A stretch of DNA of 33,748 bases from a virus (lineage: Duplodnaviria > Caudoviricetes), in IMG/VR virus record IMGVR_UViG_3300027653_000374, positions 1-33,748 of that record; one strand, given 5' to 3'. Of this stretch, positions 18,926 through 28,303 are shown in pieces. Made by a program: the position numbers and the translations under genes. The notes below the pieces were generated by a model, which was not told the origin of the DNA, did no database searches, and was given only the letters and a program-made list of their open reading frames with translations. Within the stretch, counting starts at the first letter, position 1. Each line of letters begins with the position of its first letter.

Positions 18926-19677
18926 GCTGAGATTTCCTCCTTGTCATTAGATAAGCTAACTAACTCTGGAAACACCTCCTCTAACTTTTCCCAAGAAGGT
19001 TGTTCCATTCCCTTTGGCAATCGGTTTGTTCTGTCTTTCGCTAACCACTTACCCTCTAAGTCGAAACCTATTTTTCTATCACCTCCGCTAGAGAACATGT
19101 ATCCAACTATGTCAACTGCTCCCGGTAAATCATCTTGTAGCTGTCCTACTATGTCTGGACGGGTTCTTTCCTCTCCAGTCATTTCATTTTTAGTATGTCG
19201 ATCTCTTGCAATATAGATTATATTGGAATCTAACGCTCTAAAGTTTCTAAGCATACGTCTCATTCTCTCAACAAGTACGCCATAGTCTTGCTGAGCCGGA
19301 GTCTCTGGACTTACTCGGTTTCTATCTTGTGTCTCAAGAATACGCTCTTTACACAGCTCTTGAATCTCCGTAACTGAATCTAAGATAATTGTATTGAAAC
19401 TAAGTTTTCCTTGCTGAATCAGTTGGAAAATTCCTTGTAAATCCTCCCATGACCTTAGTTGAAATATTTTAGTTCCATTCTCAGCCATTTCTTTCTTTTT
19501 CTGTAGAGATGATGTACCTTCTTCTACGTCAAGTATTAAAGCATTTTTTACTCCATCATATAGAGAAGTCTTACCTACTCCAGATGGACCATAAATCAAT
19601 ATTTTTAATTTCTCAGCATACGCTATCGGCTCTTCAATCCTGTCCAATATGCTTTGTAAATCTGACATATAATTCAT
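18922..19677 (-). CDS. AAA_24 / Sak4-like ATPase (recombination/annealing)
   Basis: IYGPSGVGKT, LDVEEG, ILDSVTE, AKDR; next to SSB and exonuclease genes. Confidence 0.85.
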   Translation of the reverse strand: MNYMSDLQSILDRIEEPIAYAEKLKILIYGPSGVGKTSLYDGVKNALILDVEEGTSSLQKKKEMAENGTKIFQLRSWEDLQGIFQLIQQGKLSFNTIILDSVTEIQELCKERILETQDRNRVSPETPAQQDYGVLVERMRRMLRNFRALDSNIIYIARDRHTKNEMTGEERTRPDIVGQLQDDLPGAVDIVGYMFSSGGDRKIGFDLEGKWLAKDRTNRLPKGMEQPSWEKLEEVFPELVSLSNDKEEISA

Positions 19678-19851
19678 TCCTCCTATTTTAATATTTTTTA
19701 ATTTATATAAACCCCATATTTATTTTTTAAAAAGATTTACAGCCCCTTATGGGGGAACGTTTGGGGCTGTAACAATTAAAAGGAGATGTAAAACGCTCGG
19801 CATAAGACGATTAACCTTATGCACATACTATATTACCACATACCATATTGA

Positions 19852-20904
19852 CTAGTCAAGTATATACCTATACTTATCTATAAACAAATGTTCTGTATCA
19901 CTCCCTTCCATATCAAGCAAACATAGTTCCGCAAACGGGCAGTCCCAAGAACAGTCCCTTGTAATGTTTCGTGGAAATACATTCGCCTTTAGTAAAGCAT
20001 GTTTTAAATCTTCTGTTTGCAAAATATCTAATTCAGTATTTTCAATAGCTGTTTCTGTTCTAGTTGTATACTCCCTACTAAAGAATGGATTCTCTAATCC
20101 CTTTAAATGTTCCAGTATATCCTCATAATCTTCTTCATCCATTCCGTTTTCATGAATAGCTTCTAGGTATGTCTCATAAGTTACGTTTTGATTCCTTGCT
20201 TTAGATAGTGTACCGTTTTTCAACAATCTAGGTTTCTCTGGAACAGCTTTTCTTAAAGTATTGTATATAACTCCTTCAAGCGGTATGCCTTTCTTTCTAG
20301 CCGCCCAGATATAAGAACTTACTTGACTATCTCTCTCAATATGCTCAGTTTGTATTCTATTAGCTGTTTTATGCTCCATTACCCATATCTTATCGTTAAT
20401 TTGGACAACCATATCGAAGAAACCTCTAAACAGTCTACCACTACCAAGATCAACGTCGAACTCAACTTCTGTACCTAGTACAATAAAATCGTCATTCTTA
20501 GCTGACCAATCGTGGTAATTCTCTATTACTTTTTCAGCAAGTATTGCTTGTTCATTCGCTTCATCTGTATCTGGAAAGTTATTTTGTATATAATCACGGA
20601 ATGCTTTTTTACCTATAGCGTAGCTATGGGTTCTGTTAAATGATTTTGCACTCAAGCTAACAGCGTTCACCATACTTCCATAATAAGCGTCTAAAAATTC
20701 ATGTACAGCACTCCCAAATAAAAACTTATCTTCGTCAATAATGCGTCTAATGTTCTTTACATAGTTATATTCAAATCTTTTTGGACAACGGAGCAAAGTC
20801 CGTTGTCTCGAATAACTAGTAAGTAAATCCTTATCAGCTTTTGCTTCAATCATACTCAATATCATATCCTTCCTTATTAGCTTTAATTTGATGAACACCT
20901 TCAC
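19852..20904 (-). CDS. Cas4/AddB-like PD-(D/E)XK exonuclease with Fe-S cysteines
   Basis: SYS...CP, GSAVH, E...G..D...EHKT, Q..Y, C-terminal C...CPF...C. Confidence 0.88.
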   Translation of the reverse strand: MKVFIKLKLIRKDMILSMIEAKADKDLLTSYSRQRTLLRCPKRFEYNYVKNIRRIIDEDKFLFGSAVHEFLDAYYGSMVNAVSLSAKSFNRTHSYAIGKKAFRDYIQNNFPDTDEANEQAILAEKVIENYHDWSAKNDDFIVLGTEVEFDVDLGSGRLFRGFFDMVVQINDKIWVMEHKTANRIQTEHIERDSQVSSYIWAARKKGIPLEGVIYNTLRKAVPEKPRLLKNGTLSKARNQNVTYETYLEAIHENGMDEEDYEDILEHLKGLENPFFSREYTTRTETAIENTELDILQTEDLKHALLKANVFPRNITRDCSWDCPFAELCLLDMEGSDTEHLFIDKYRYILD

Positions 20905-21046
20905 CAGATATAGTGTTTCCTACCGCAATCCACATCTCTGGAGGCTGTTTCCTTAATACGTCAATGACTTTGTGAAGTACTCCAGAATACTCCTCTCCGA
21001 TTGCCTCATAAAGACTTATTCCTGTTGTAATCGCTGTCTTTTCCAT
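20846..21046 (-). CDS. Hypothetical protein
   Basis: AGGAGG RBS. Confidence 0.6.
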   Translation of the reverse strand: MEKTAITTGISLYEAIGEEYSGVLHKVIDVLRKQPPEMWIAVGNTISGEGVHQIKANKEGYDIEYD

Positions 21047-21103
21047 GATGTACTATACCTCCTAGTAGATTTTGAAAACATTTATTCCTAAGTTTATTCA
21101 TAT

Positions 21104-22459
21104 TTAAACGTAAGTCAAAGTTTTTGCTACTTCTATTTCCTCAGCTAACACCTTTCTAGCTGTATCTGCTTTAAGCATTGCTCTGTCTAGAATCTTGTAA
21201 TCTAAAGTATCTTTTGCAAATATTCTAACAATCTGAGCATTCCCCTTTTGCGTTGCTCGGTGTATTCTATCTTCCGCTTGTTTGTTATCTGTATCATTCC
21301 ATGATATGTCTGTAAAAATTATCATATCAGAAGCTGTTAAATCCACACCTAGTCCAGCCGCCTTAATAGTACAAAGGACTACATCAGCCTCTCCGTTTTG
21401 AAATTTCTGTTGACTCTCTCTTTGCTCTACATGGCTCTCACCTCCTGTAATTCTCGCTGTTTTAATTTTTTGTTTGCTTAATGCCTTTTCAACTATATCA
21501 ATCCACTGTTTAAATTCAGACATTACAACAGTCTGTTTTCCAGCTAATTTTCTTGTTTCAATTAACTCTAGTAGTACGGGTAGTTTAGCTGAAGATTCAT
21601 TTGAAAAACCTGCTAGTTTAGGCATTAGAGCAATCTGTCTAAGCCTCATCAGCATTGATATAATATTAGGCACTTCCACAACTTCCTGTTCCAGCTCTGA
21701 AATCATATATTCTTTCATTTCATCATACGCCTTACGCTGTTGAGTAGTCAAGTCAACATGTATAGTAGTATAAGTTTTTTCTGGTAAGTCTGGAAGTATA
21801 TCTCTCTTTTTACGTCTAACTGAAAATTGTTGTATCTTACTAGTTAGTTCCGGTAGTCGGTCCCTTCTAATCCCCGTAATCTCGTTTCCCCAGCCGTTGT
21901 TACGTATAATTCCATAGCGATTAACAAATCGCCAGTAACTCCCGAACTGTTTAGGAAACAATAACCTTAAATAGCTCCACATATCGTCAAACTCTGCGAT
22001 AATTGGTGTGCCAGTAATTAAGTGTATATACTCAGTCTTTAACTTATACGAACATTTTGTAACTTGTGCTTTACGATTTTTTAATTTATGAGCCTCGTCA
22101 AACACAGTCATTTTATATTTAAACTTACCAAAATACTCATCAAAATCTTGTCTAAACAATTCATAGTTTACAATTAGAATATCAGGTTGTTTAATTTGTA
22201 ATCTTTTAGTAGGCGTCCCTTGATACTGAATAATGTTAGGCGTAGTACCTGTCCAAAATTTTCCTATCTCCTCTTCCCAATGATACCTTACTGCATTAGG
22301 GCAAACTATTAAACAAGGTAGCCCTTCTAACTCTTCAATTAACCTAACTCCAACAGGCGTTTTTCCAACACCGGGCTCAGAAAAATTAGCTGACCTTCCC
22401 CATCCAGAGAAAAATTTTAAATCCTCTTGTTGGTATGGAAATAGTTCGTATTTAGTCAA
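21104..22459 (-). CDS. SNF2-family helicase
   Basis: PGVGKT, DEAH, TGTP, G.GVDL, QAEDRIHR. Confidence 0.93.
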   Translation of the reverse strand: MTKYELFPYQQEDLKFFSGWGRSANFSEPGVGKTPVGVRLIEELEGLPCLIVCPNAVRYHWEEEIGKFWTGTTPNIIQYQGTPTKRLQIKQPDILIVNYELFRQDFDEYFGKFKYKMTVFDEAHKLKNRKAQVTKCSYKLKTEYIHLITGTPIIAEFDDMWSYLRLLFPKQFGSYWRFVNRYGIIRNNGWGNEITGIRRDRLPELTSKIQQFSVRRKKRDILPDLPEKTYTTIHVDLTTQQRKAYDEMKEYMISELEQEVVEVPNIISMLMRLRQIALMPKLAGFSNESSAKLPVLLELIETRKLAGKQTVVMSEFKQWIDIVEKALSKQKIKTARITGGESHVEQRESQQKFQNGEADVVLCTIKAAGLGVDLTASDMIIFTDISWNDTDNKQAEDRIHRATQKGNAQIVRIFAKDTLDYKILDRAMLKADTARKVLAEEIEVAKTLTYV

Positions 22460-22698
22460 ATAACGTACCTCCTTGATCCTTTTACCCTATCCTCATTATA
22501 AGTAATTAGTAGCTCCCATAAACGGTCAAGAGATATTTCAAGAACTTCAGCAACTCTTTTTGCCTCTGTTAAGCTAAACTCATATTGACCTGTCTCTTTA
22601 TTCAAGTAAGACTCAGTAGTTAGTCCTATCCGCTCAGCTATTTCTTTCTGTGTGTAGCCTAGTTTTCTTCTAAAATAATATAGCTCATTTCGTAACAT
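22456..22698 (-). CDS. XRE-family HTH regulator
   Basis: TQKEIAERIGL....Y..KETG...F. Confidence 0.88.
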   Translation of the reverse strand: MLRNELYYFRRKLGYTQKEIAERIGLTTESYLNKETGQYEFSLTEAKRVAEVLEISLDRLWELLITYNEDRVKGSRRYVI

Positions 22699-22837
22699 GA
22701 ATTATCTCCTCCTATCAATTTTGTCTATGTCAGTAACCATCTACATTCCTTTGCCATCTACTCGTACTGCGAATTAATTTCTCGGCTCATTCTCGGCTCA
22801 AAACTAATCGAACTGTGTAATAATTATTTGTCTACTA

Positions 22838-23056
22838 CTACTCAACAATAATTTCTTCGGCTAAACCAAATTCTTTTAGTATTTCAACTGTTTCTAACGA
22901 TAGAGGTTCTTTTAATACATGCTCCCCGTCAATTATTAATACAGCGTCTCCCTCATATACAAGTCTCCCGAAATAGTCCTCATACAAAGGTCTTGGACTA
23001 TTAGGAGGTTCTCCAGTCAACATCATTGTCTCAACCATTGGATGGTTTTTTATCAT
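22838..23056 (-). CDS. YqaI-like hypothetical phage protein
   Basis: HPMV...TG.P...DYFG..VYEGD pattern; AGGAGGTG RBS. Confidence 0.5.
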   Translation of the reverse strand: MIKNHPMVETMMLTGEPPNSPRPLYEDYFGRLVYEGDAVLIIDGEHVLKEPLSLETVEILKEFGLAEEIIVE

Positions 23057-23084
23057 CCTATCACCTCCTATTTCGTTATTGAAT

Positions 23085-23113
23085 ATTATACTGACTAGTC
23101 AACCACTTGTCAA
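23085..23113 (-). promoter_or_regulatory. Consensus sigma-A promoter with operator in the spacer
   Basis: Minus strand TTGACA-agtggtTGACTAGTCAg(17 nt)-TATAAT. Confidence 0.9.
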
Positions 23114-24064
23114 TTCTTTTCCAATAAGCAGTAAAGCAGTCACTACTTTATACTTAGCTACTCCAAGTTTCTTAGCCATACCTACAAGTATATCATCTAC
23201 CTCTGGAGCTACTCGAACTGTTGAGAGCTTTTTTCCGTCAATATTATTCGTGTAGTGTTTAATTTCTCTGAGGTCTGCCTTCATAATTGCAGACTCTAAA
23301 GCCTCCCTTTTGTCTCCAGTATAATTATCAATCCTTGAGTAGTTCACACTTATAGTAGAATTATTAGGCTTAGAAACACGTTTTTTCGCTGATATAGGGC
23401 TTATTTTGTTTCTTGATACTAAACTAGCTAAATGTAACGTATCGTTTCGTACCCTTACATTTTCAGAGAATTGGATAAGGATTCTTTCTATACTTCTATT
23501 ACTGCTTATCCACGGTTGCTTACCAATTTTGATAAATTCTTCTGGAGCATGAATATATTGAGTAGCTCTTACATTCCCATAATCTCCATAGTAAACAGGA
23601 CTTTCTAGGGCAAAATTATCGGTTTGTATTCTTTTAAAAACCTCAGTACCTACGTACTCTAATCTCTCTGGAAATTGCCCTGTTCCATTCTCTAATTCAT
23701 ATGCAATTAATTTAATATATATGGTAGTAGGCAGGTTCACTATATAGGGCTTATATCCCCTAGTATTACATATTTCTGCCTTTGGGTACGTCTTATTAAT
23801 AGCACTCTTTAAACTTTGTATATTCATCAATAAATTAAAACTATCGTAGTTTTTTAACATACCTGTGAGATCAGTGGGGAAATCATATGTAAGTTTTCCA
23901 TACTTATGGTAAAAATCAATGATTGGTTGCATATTATTTTTAAGCATGTTTTTCTCACATATCTCCCACTCTTCTTCCGTATGGGCTATAAAATTTACAT
24001 ATGGATATAATTGTCTATAACCACCACTAAGTACTTCTCCATTACATAGCTTACAAACGCTCAT
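23099..24064 (-). CDS. Hypothetical protein with a possible C-terminal ribbon-helix-helix
   Basis: N-terminal CxxC; C-terminal STVRVAPEVDDILVGMAKKLGVAKYKVVTALL. Confidence 0.55.
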   Translation of the reverse strand: MSVCKLCNGEVLSGGYRQLYPYVNFIAHTEEEWEICEKNMLKNNMQPIIDFYHKYGKLTYDFPTDLTGMLKNYDSFNLLMNIQSLKSAINKTYPKAEICNTRGYKPYIVNLPTTIYIKLIAYELENGTGQFPERLEYVGTEVFKRIQTDNFALESPVYYGDYGNVRATQYIHAPEEFIKIGKQPWISSNRSIERILIQFSENVRVRNDTLHLASLVSRNKISPISAKKRVSKPNNSTISVNYSRIDNYTGDKREALESAIMKADLREIKHYTNNIDGKKLSTVRVAPEVDDILVGMAKKLGVAKYKVVTALLLIGKELTSG

Positions 24065-24083
24065 TAAAATTTCACCCTTTCAT

Positions 24084-24582
<499 letters not shown>

Positions 24583-24598
24583 TTCACTATTTCACAAA

Positions 24599-24922
24599 CT
24601 AATCATAGAAGCCCCATTTATCGACTCTTCTCTTTAACTCAGCTTCCCTCTCTTTTTTAGCTTTTTCTTCCTCCTCCCACTGTTTAAACCACTGTTCAAA
24701 CTCTTCATCTCCTTCATAACTAACGTTAGGGTCATACTTTATCCTCTTACTAGAGCTGATATTGTCCAGCAATTTTCCAGCTTTTAAAACTAGCCATCCA
24801 ACTAATAGCCAAAACCCACTAGCAAGAACTCCCATAACTATGCCATTCCATGTAATTGTCACGCTATCGAATAAGCCTGTACCTTGTTCAACTACTCCAG
24901 AATCAAAATACACGCCACCCAT
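24599..24922 (-). CDS. Single-pass membrane protein
   Basis: AAGGAGGTG RBS before ATG 24922; hydrophobic segment then a charged tail. Confidence 0.65.
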   Translation of the reverse strand: MGGVYFDSGVVEQGTGLFDSVTITWNGIVMGVLASGFWLLVGWLVLKAGKLLDNISSSKRIKYDPNVSYEGDEEFEQWFKQWEEEEKAKKEREAELKRRVDKWGFYD

Positions 24923-24988
24923 AGTTTCTATACACCTCCTTCTTTTCCAGTATTGTAGCATAAAAAGGAAGCTGCTTCTAGTCGGCTC

Positions 24989-25288
24989 TTAAAACAATAG
25001 CTTCTCTATCTTCTCCAGTATCTCAGTCTCTACGTCTTTCAACTTGTCTGTCTCTTCTTTTGCTCTTCTATTTAGATAATCTTCTAAATCATCATCACTC
25101 ATATCTAACTGATCTTTTACTATATCCTTTAGTAACATGTTCTCTATTGCTACCATTCCATGTGAAGTTACTAAAGTATCCGCAGTATCTAAACTAACTC
25201 CGACTCGTTTGCCTTCCTTTTCGCTTTTCTCAATTTTTTCGTTTATGGCTATTGAAATCATAGCTAACTCCTCCATAGTAAAAATCAT
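24989..25288 (-). CDS. Acidic hypothetical early protein
   Basis: RBS, ATGA coupling. Confidence 0.65.
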   Translation of the reverse strand: MIFTMEELAMISIAINEKIEKSEKEGKRVGVSLDTADTLVTSHGMVAIENMLLKDIVKDQLDMSDDDLEDYLNRRAKEETDKLKDVETEILEKIEKLLF

Positions 25289-25470
25289 GCTCTAACCTCC
25301 TCCTCTAAAAATGTAAGTAAATCATCAATCCACTCAGATAAATTTATATAAATATGCTCAGCTACCATTCGATGTAACTGAGCAAACGCTTCTTCTGATA
25401 ATTCAATACCTTTTTCTTCCAGATAATCTTCAATATATTCTTCGCAACCTACATATATATGGTCAATCAC
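25285..25470 (-). CDS. Acidic hypothetical early protein
   Basis: Coupled overlaps at both ends. Confidence 0.65.
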   Translation of the reverse strand: MIDHIYVGCEEYIEDYLEEKGIELSEEAFAQLHRMVAEHIYINLSEWIDDLLTFLEEEVRA

Positions 25471-25736
25471 CCCATAATCTCCTCCAGCTCCTGCTCCAAA
25501 GCATTTTTCATATTTTGAAGCTCGTTCTTAAAATAATCTACCATTGTATTATTCATCTCACTTCTTAAATTTTCTGCTAAACTTTCAGTTGAAGCCGTAT
25601 CTTCATCAGTATAAAAGCTTAGAAAAGTAATTTCTTTATCTGATTCAAAAATTTCTAAGTTTCTATTTATTGTCTCCAAACTTTCAATAATTCCTTGTGC
25701 TTGTTCTATTTTTTCCTTTATAATTTCGTAACTCAT
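25467..25736 (-). CDS. Acidic coiled-coil early protein
   Basis: AAGGAGG RBS. Confidence 0.7.
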   Translation of the reverse strand: MSYEIIKEKIEQAQGIIESLETINRNLEIFESDKEITFLSFYTDEDTASTESLAENLRSEMNNTMVDYFKNELQNMKNALEQELEEIMG

Positions 25737-25740
25737 GTTA

Positions 25741-25854
25741 CTACCTCCTTAATTTATTCTCAATAGTATCTAGCAGGGCGTATATAGCTATCCCTGCAAC
25801 TATTCCTAAGATAGTTGATACTCCTATTATAAGCATAATAGCCTGACTACTCAA
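25741..25854 (-). CDS. 37-aa transmembrane peptide (not in the ORF track)
   Basis: TTG after AAGGGGG; MSSQAIMLIIGVSTILGIVAGIAIYALLDTIENKLRR fills the intergenic gap. Confidence 0.6.
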   Translation of the reverse strand: MSSQAIMLIIGVSTILGIVAGIAIYALLDTIENKLRR

Positions 25855-26077
25855 TATATATTTCCCCCTTCTCTTCCTGCTTTCTAATTTCTTCTTGTTT
25901 CTTCAAAGCTCCTAATAAGTCTTGCAATATTTGACCATGACCTAAAGGATAACGTTTATCGCTACCCGGTAAATCCATCTCACCTTTAAAAGTTTCTTCA
26001 TACTTATACCTTTCCTCATAATAATTTCTAACTATTTCCTCCATAGCTTCAACTTGAGTCATTTTCAATTTGTTCAC
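25847..26077 (-). CDS. Hypothetical protein
   Basis: GGGAGG RBS. Confidence 0.6.
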   Translation of the reverse strand: MNKLKMTQVEAMEEIVRNYYEERYKYEETFKGEMDLPGSDKRYPLGHGQILQDLLGALKKQEEIRKQEEKGEIYIE

Positions 26078-26105
26078 CTCCCTACTCTTCGTCTCCAGTA
26101 TTATT

Positions 26106-26366
26106 TTAATAATCTTCGGGTAGTAAGATAGTTGTTACTGTCCTATCCCACTCCGTTATTATCCAGAATTTTTTATCCTCTTTGTCTTTATAAGAGGACA
26201 AGATTCTCCCTCCATTGTTCAAGGCTTCATCATTAGCTTTCCAGTCATCCTTCTCTAAATCTCCCCAATCTCCTTTTGAATGTCTTTCTAAAGCGGTCAA
26301 AACAGAGATTTTATTGAGCTGTCTTTGTGCATTAGCGGTTATCGTTATTTTTCCTAACTCTAACAC
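26106..26366 (-). CDS. Conserved plasmid/phage hypothetical protein
   Basis: RH..GDWG...D...N..AL..G.RILS.Y...WIITE.DR..TTILLP.DY motif, common in mobile elements. Confidence 0.75.
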   Translation of the reverse strand: MLELGKITITANAQRQLNKISVLTALERHSKGDWGDLEKDDWKANDEALNNGGRILSSYKDKEDKKFWIITEWDRTVTTILLPEDY

Positions 26367-26775
26367 CAGCTCTCCACCTCCCGTCTTTTAGATAATTCCC
26401 CTCTACGTATTGATCCATGAAGGTATCTTCGTTTGCAATGTATACATAAGCAAGTATGCCTTCCTCTATACCTTCTGCAAATACTTTTACTTTTTCTCTG
26501 TTATACATATTTTCATTCTTTGGCATATTTTCTGAATATCCTTCTATGCTATCTAGTACAGGGATATAATCTTTATCTACATACATTAAAGTTCCATATA
26601 CGCGGTCTTTATCTTCTCCAGTATATTTCGTTATTGGAAAGCCGTAATCGGTATTATAAACTTTGTAACCTTTTATATAGTTTTTCTTATAGGGAACATC
26701 ACTAGGTTGTAATGTTCCATAAAAGAAAAATAACTCTTGCGTACCTATTTTCAATTTACTTTGCATTCCCTTCAT
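26332..26775 (-). CDS. Gamma-glutamylcyclotransferase (AIG2/GGACT-like)
   Basis: FFYGTL, V.GTL, LDSIEGY, Y.R, AYVY. Confidence 0.88.
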   Translation of the reverse strand: MKGMQSKLKIGTQELFFFYGTLQPSDVPYKKNYIKGYKVYNTDYGFPITKYTGEDKDRVYGTLMYVDKDYIPVLDSIEGYSENMPKNENMYNREKVKVFAEGIEEGILAYVYIANEDTFMDQYVEGNYLKDGRWRAGVRVRKNNDNR

Positions 26776-27691
26776 ATTTGTCTGCTATATCTTGTAAATC
26801 ATCATCCCAAAAGTTGTAATCATCTTCATACTGATAATTTCCCCAGCCATAAGCTGTTCTCTGATATGAATATCCAGCCCACACATCAAACTCAGTCTTT
26901 TCTATGCTTACTCTACGCTTAGTAGCTCTGAAATAAACTCCATCGCCTTCATGTAGTTTTACTACGTCCCTCTCAGTTGACTTGTATGTTTTCCCTTTGT
27001 TTTTCCCATATTTATACGTTTTCTTTACAGTCTTTTCCGGTATTCCTAACGTTTCTGGAAACAAGTCACTTGTGGAAGCGTACCATATTTCACCTTCTTT
27101 TCTGTTGTTCCAGTAACATAATGGATTTTCTTGTCTCATCATGAATAGCATATTCGGTTTTTTCTGACTTACTGCTGTTATTGCATACGTTCCCCATAAG
27201 TCGTCTATCGTGTACTGTACTTGCTTTGGTCTTAGCGTATTACTAAATGCGCTCAAAGAAGCGAATATTGCTTCACTGTCTACAACACTATAGGGTTTCA
27301 TATTTAGTCTTGCTAAATCATCCCATATGTGCATATCCTCCACTTGTCCATTGTGACATCCTATAATTGGTTCATGTGTGAAAGGATGTAAATTTTCATG
27401 GTATTTACTATCACCTCCAGTACTTAATCGTGAGTGCATTTGTACTATAACTGCTCCATCAATCAAGTTTTGTCTAATTTCTTCAAACTTACCAAAAAGT
27501 CTATTCACTTTCCTATGGTCTTTTATAATTCGATACTCCCCATTTGGATAGTGAAAACTCAAACCGTTCCCATCACCTCCTAGTGCGTCCTCCATTTTAA
27601 CTAACAATCCTAGTAAGTCCTCCGTAATTTGTGTGTACTTATCTAATGTTCTAGGTCTTTGAGTTAGTACTACACCGCCTAATCTACACAT
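26756..27691 (-). CDS. Class II (Ntn) glutamine amidotransferase
   Basis: N-terminal MC, HSR.ST.G, N.HPF, HNG, DSE, NPL. Confidence 0.88.
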   Translation of the reverse strand: MCRLGGVVLTQRPRTLDKYTQITEDLLGLLVKMEDALGGDGNGLSFHYPNGEYRIIKDHRKVNRLFGKFEEIRQNLIDGAVIVQMHSRLSTGGDSKYHENLHPFTHEPIIGCHNGQVEDMHIWDDLARLNMKPYSVVDSEAIFASLSAFSNTLRPKQVQYTIDDLWGTYAITAVSQKKPNMLFMMRQENPLCYWNNRKEGEIWYASTSDLFPETLGIPEKTVKKTYKYGKNKGKTYKSTERDVVKLHEGDGVYFRATKRRVSIEKTEFDVWAGYSYQRTAYGWGNYQYEDDYNFWDDDLQDIADKYEGNAK

Positions 27692-27808
27692 ATAATCCTC
27701 TCCTTTTAATTGTTTTTATTTAAGTGCTTTGTGTAGTAAAACACTTATTGGAACAGGCTATACAGTGCTTCCACGTATACCCTGCTCTATAAATGTTCCA
27801 CTGACTTA

Positions 27809-28252
27809 TTAGATATACCCCAGCTCTTTTAATGATTTGAACCCTTCTCCTATAATTAAATGGTCTAATAGCTCAATCCCTAAAATCTTCCCTGCTTCTA
27901 CTAACCTTCTTGTGACGTGAATATCCTCTTGTGACGGTTGCGATTCCCCGCTTGGATGGTTATGAGCTACTGCTATTGAAGCAGCGTTATCCAATAGTGC
28001 TAATTGATAAACATCTCTAGGGTGCACAATACTAGCATTTAATGAGCCTACGTGTATTAAATGGGCTCCCTCTACATATTTCTTTGTATTCAAACTGAAC
28101 ATTACAAAATGTTCTCTTGTCATTGATTTGAGATTAAAAATTTCCTCAAACATTTCATATAAATCTTCAGGGCTTTTTGCTACTTTTGTGTACTCTTCGT
28201 ACTCCTCCCTAACAACTCTCTTTAAGTCGTACTTTTTTAATACTGTTTTCAT
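27809..28252 (-). CDS. radC: RadC-family JAB domain protein
   Basis: REHF, GSLNASIVHPRDV, HNHPSG..PS.ED, LLDHLII. Confidence 0.95.
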   Translation of the reverse strand: MKTVLKKYDLKRVVREEYEEYTKVAKSPEDLYEMFEEIFNLKSMTREHFVMFSLNTKKYVEGAHLIHVGSLNASIVHPRDVYQLALLDNAASIAVAHNHPSGESQPSQEDIHVTRRLVEAGKILGIELLDHLIIGEGFKSLKELGYI

Positions 28253-28303
28253 TTATATACAATCCCCCATTTTCATTATTCTACTGACTACTCAGTATAT
28301 TTT

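Noticed and set aside
19852-20904. Cas4-like gene as a sign of CRISPR-Cas
   Set aside because: No repeat-spacer array or other cas genes; the context is a phage recombination module
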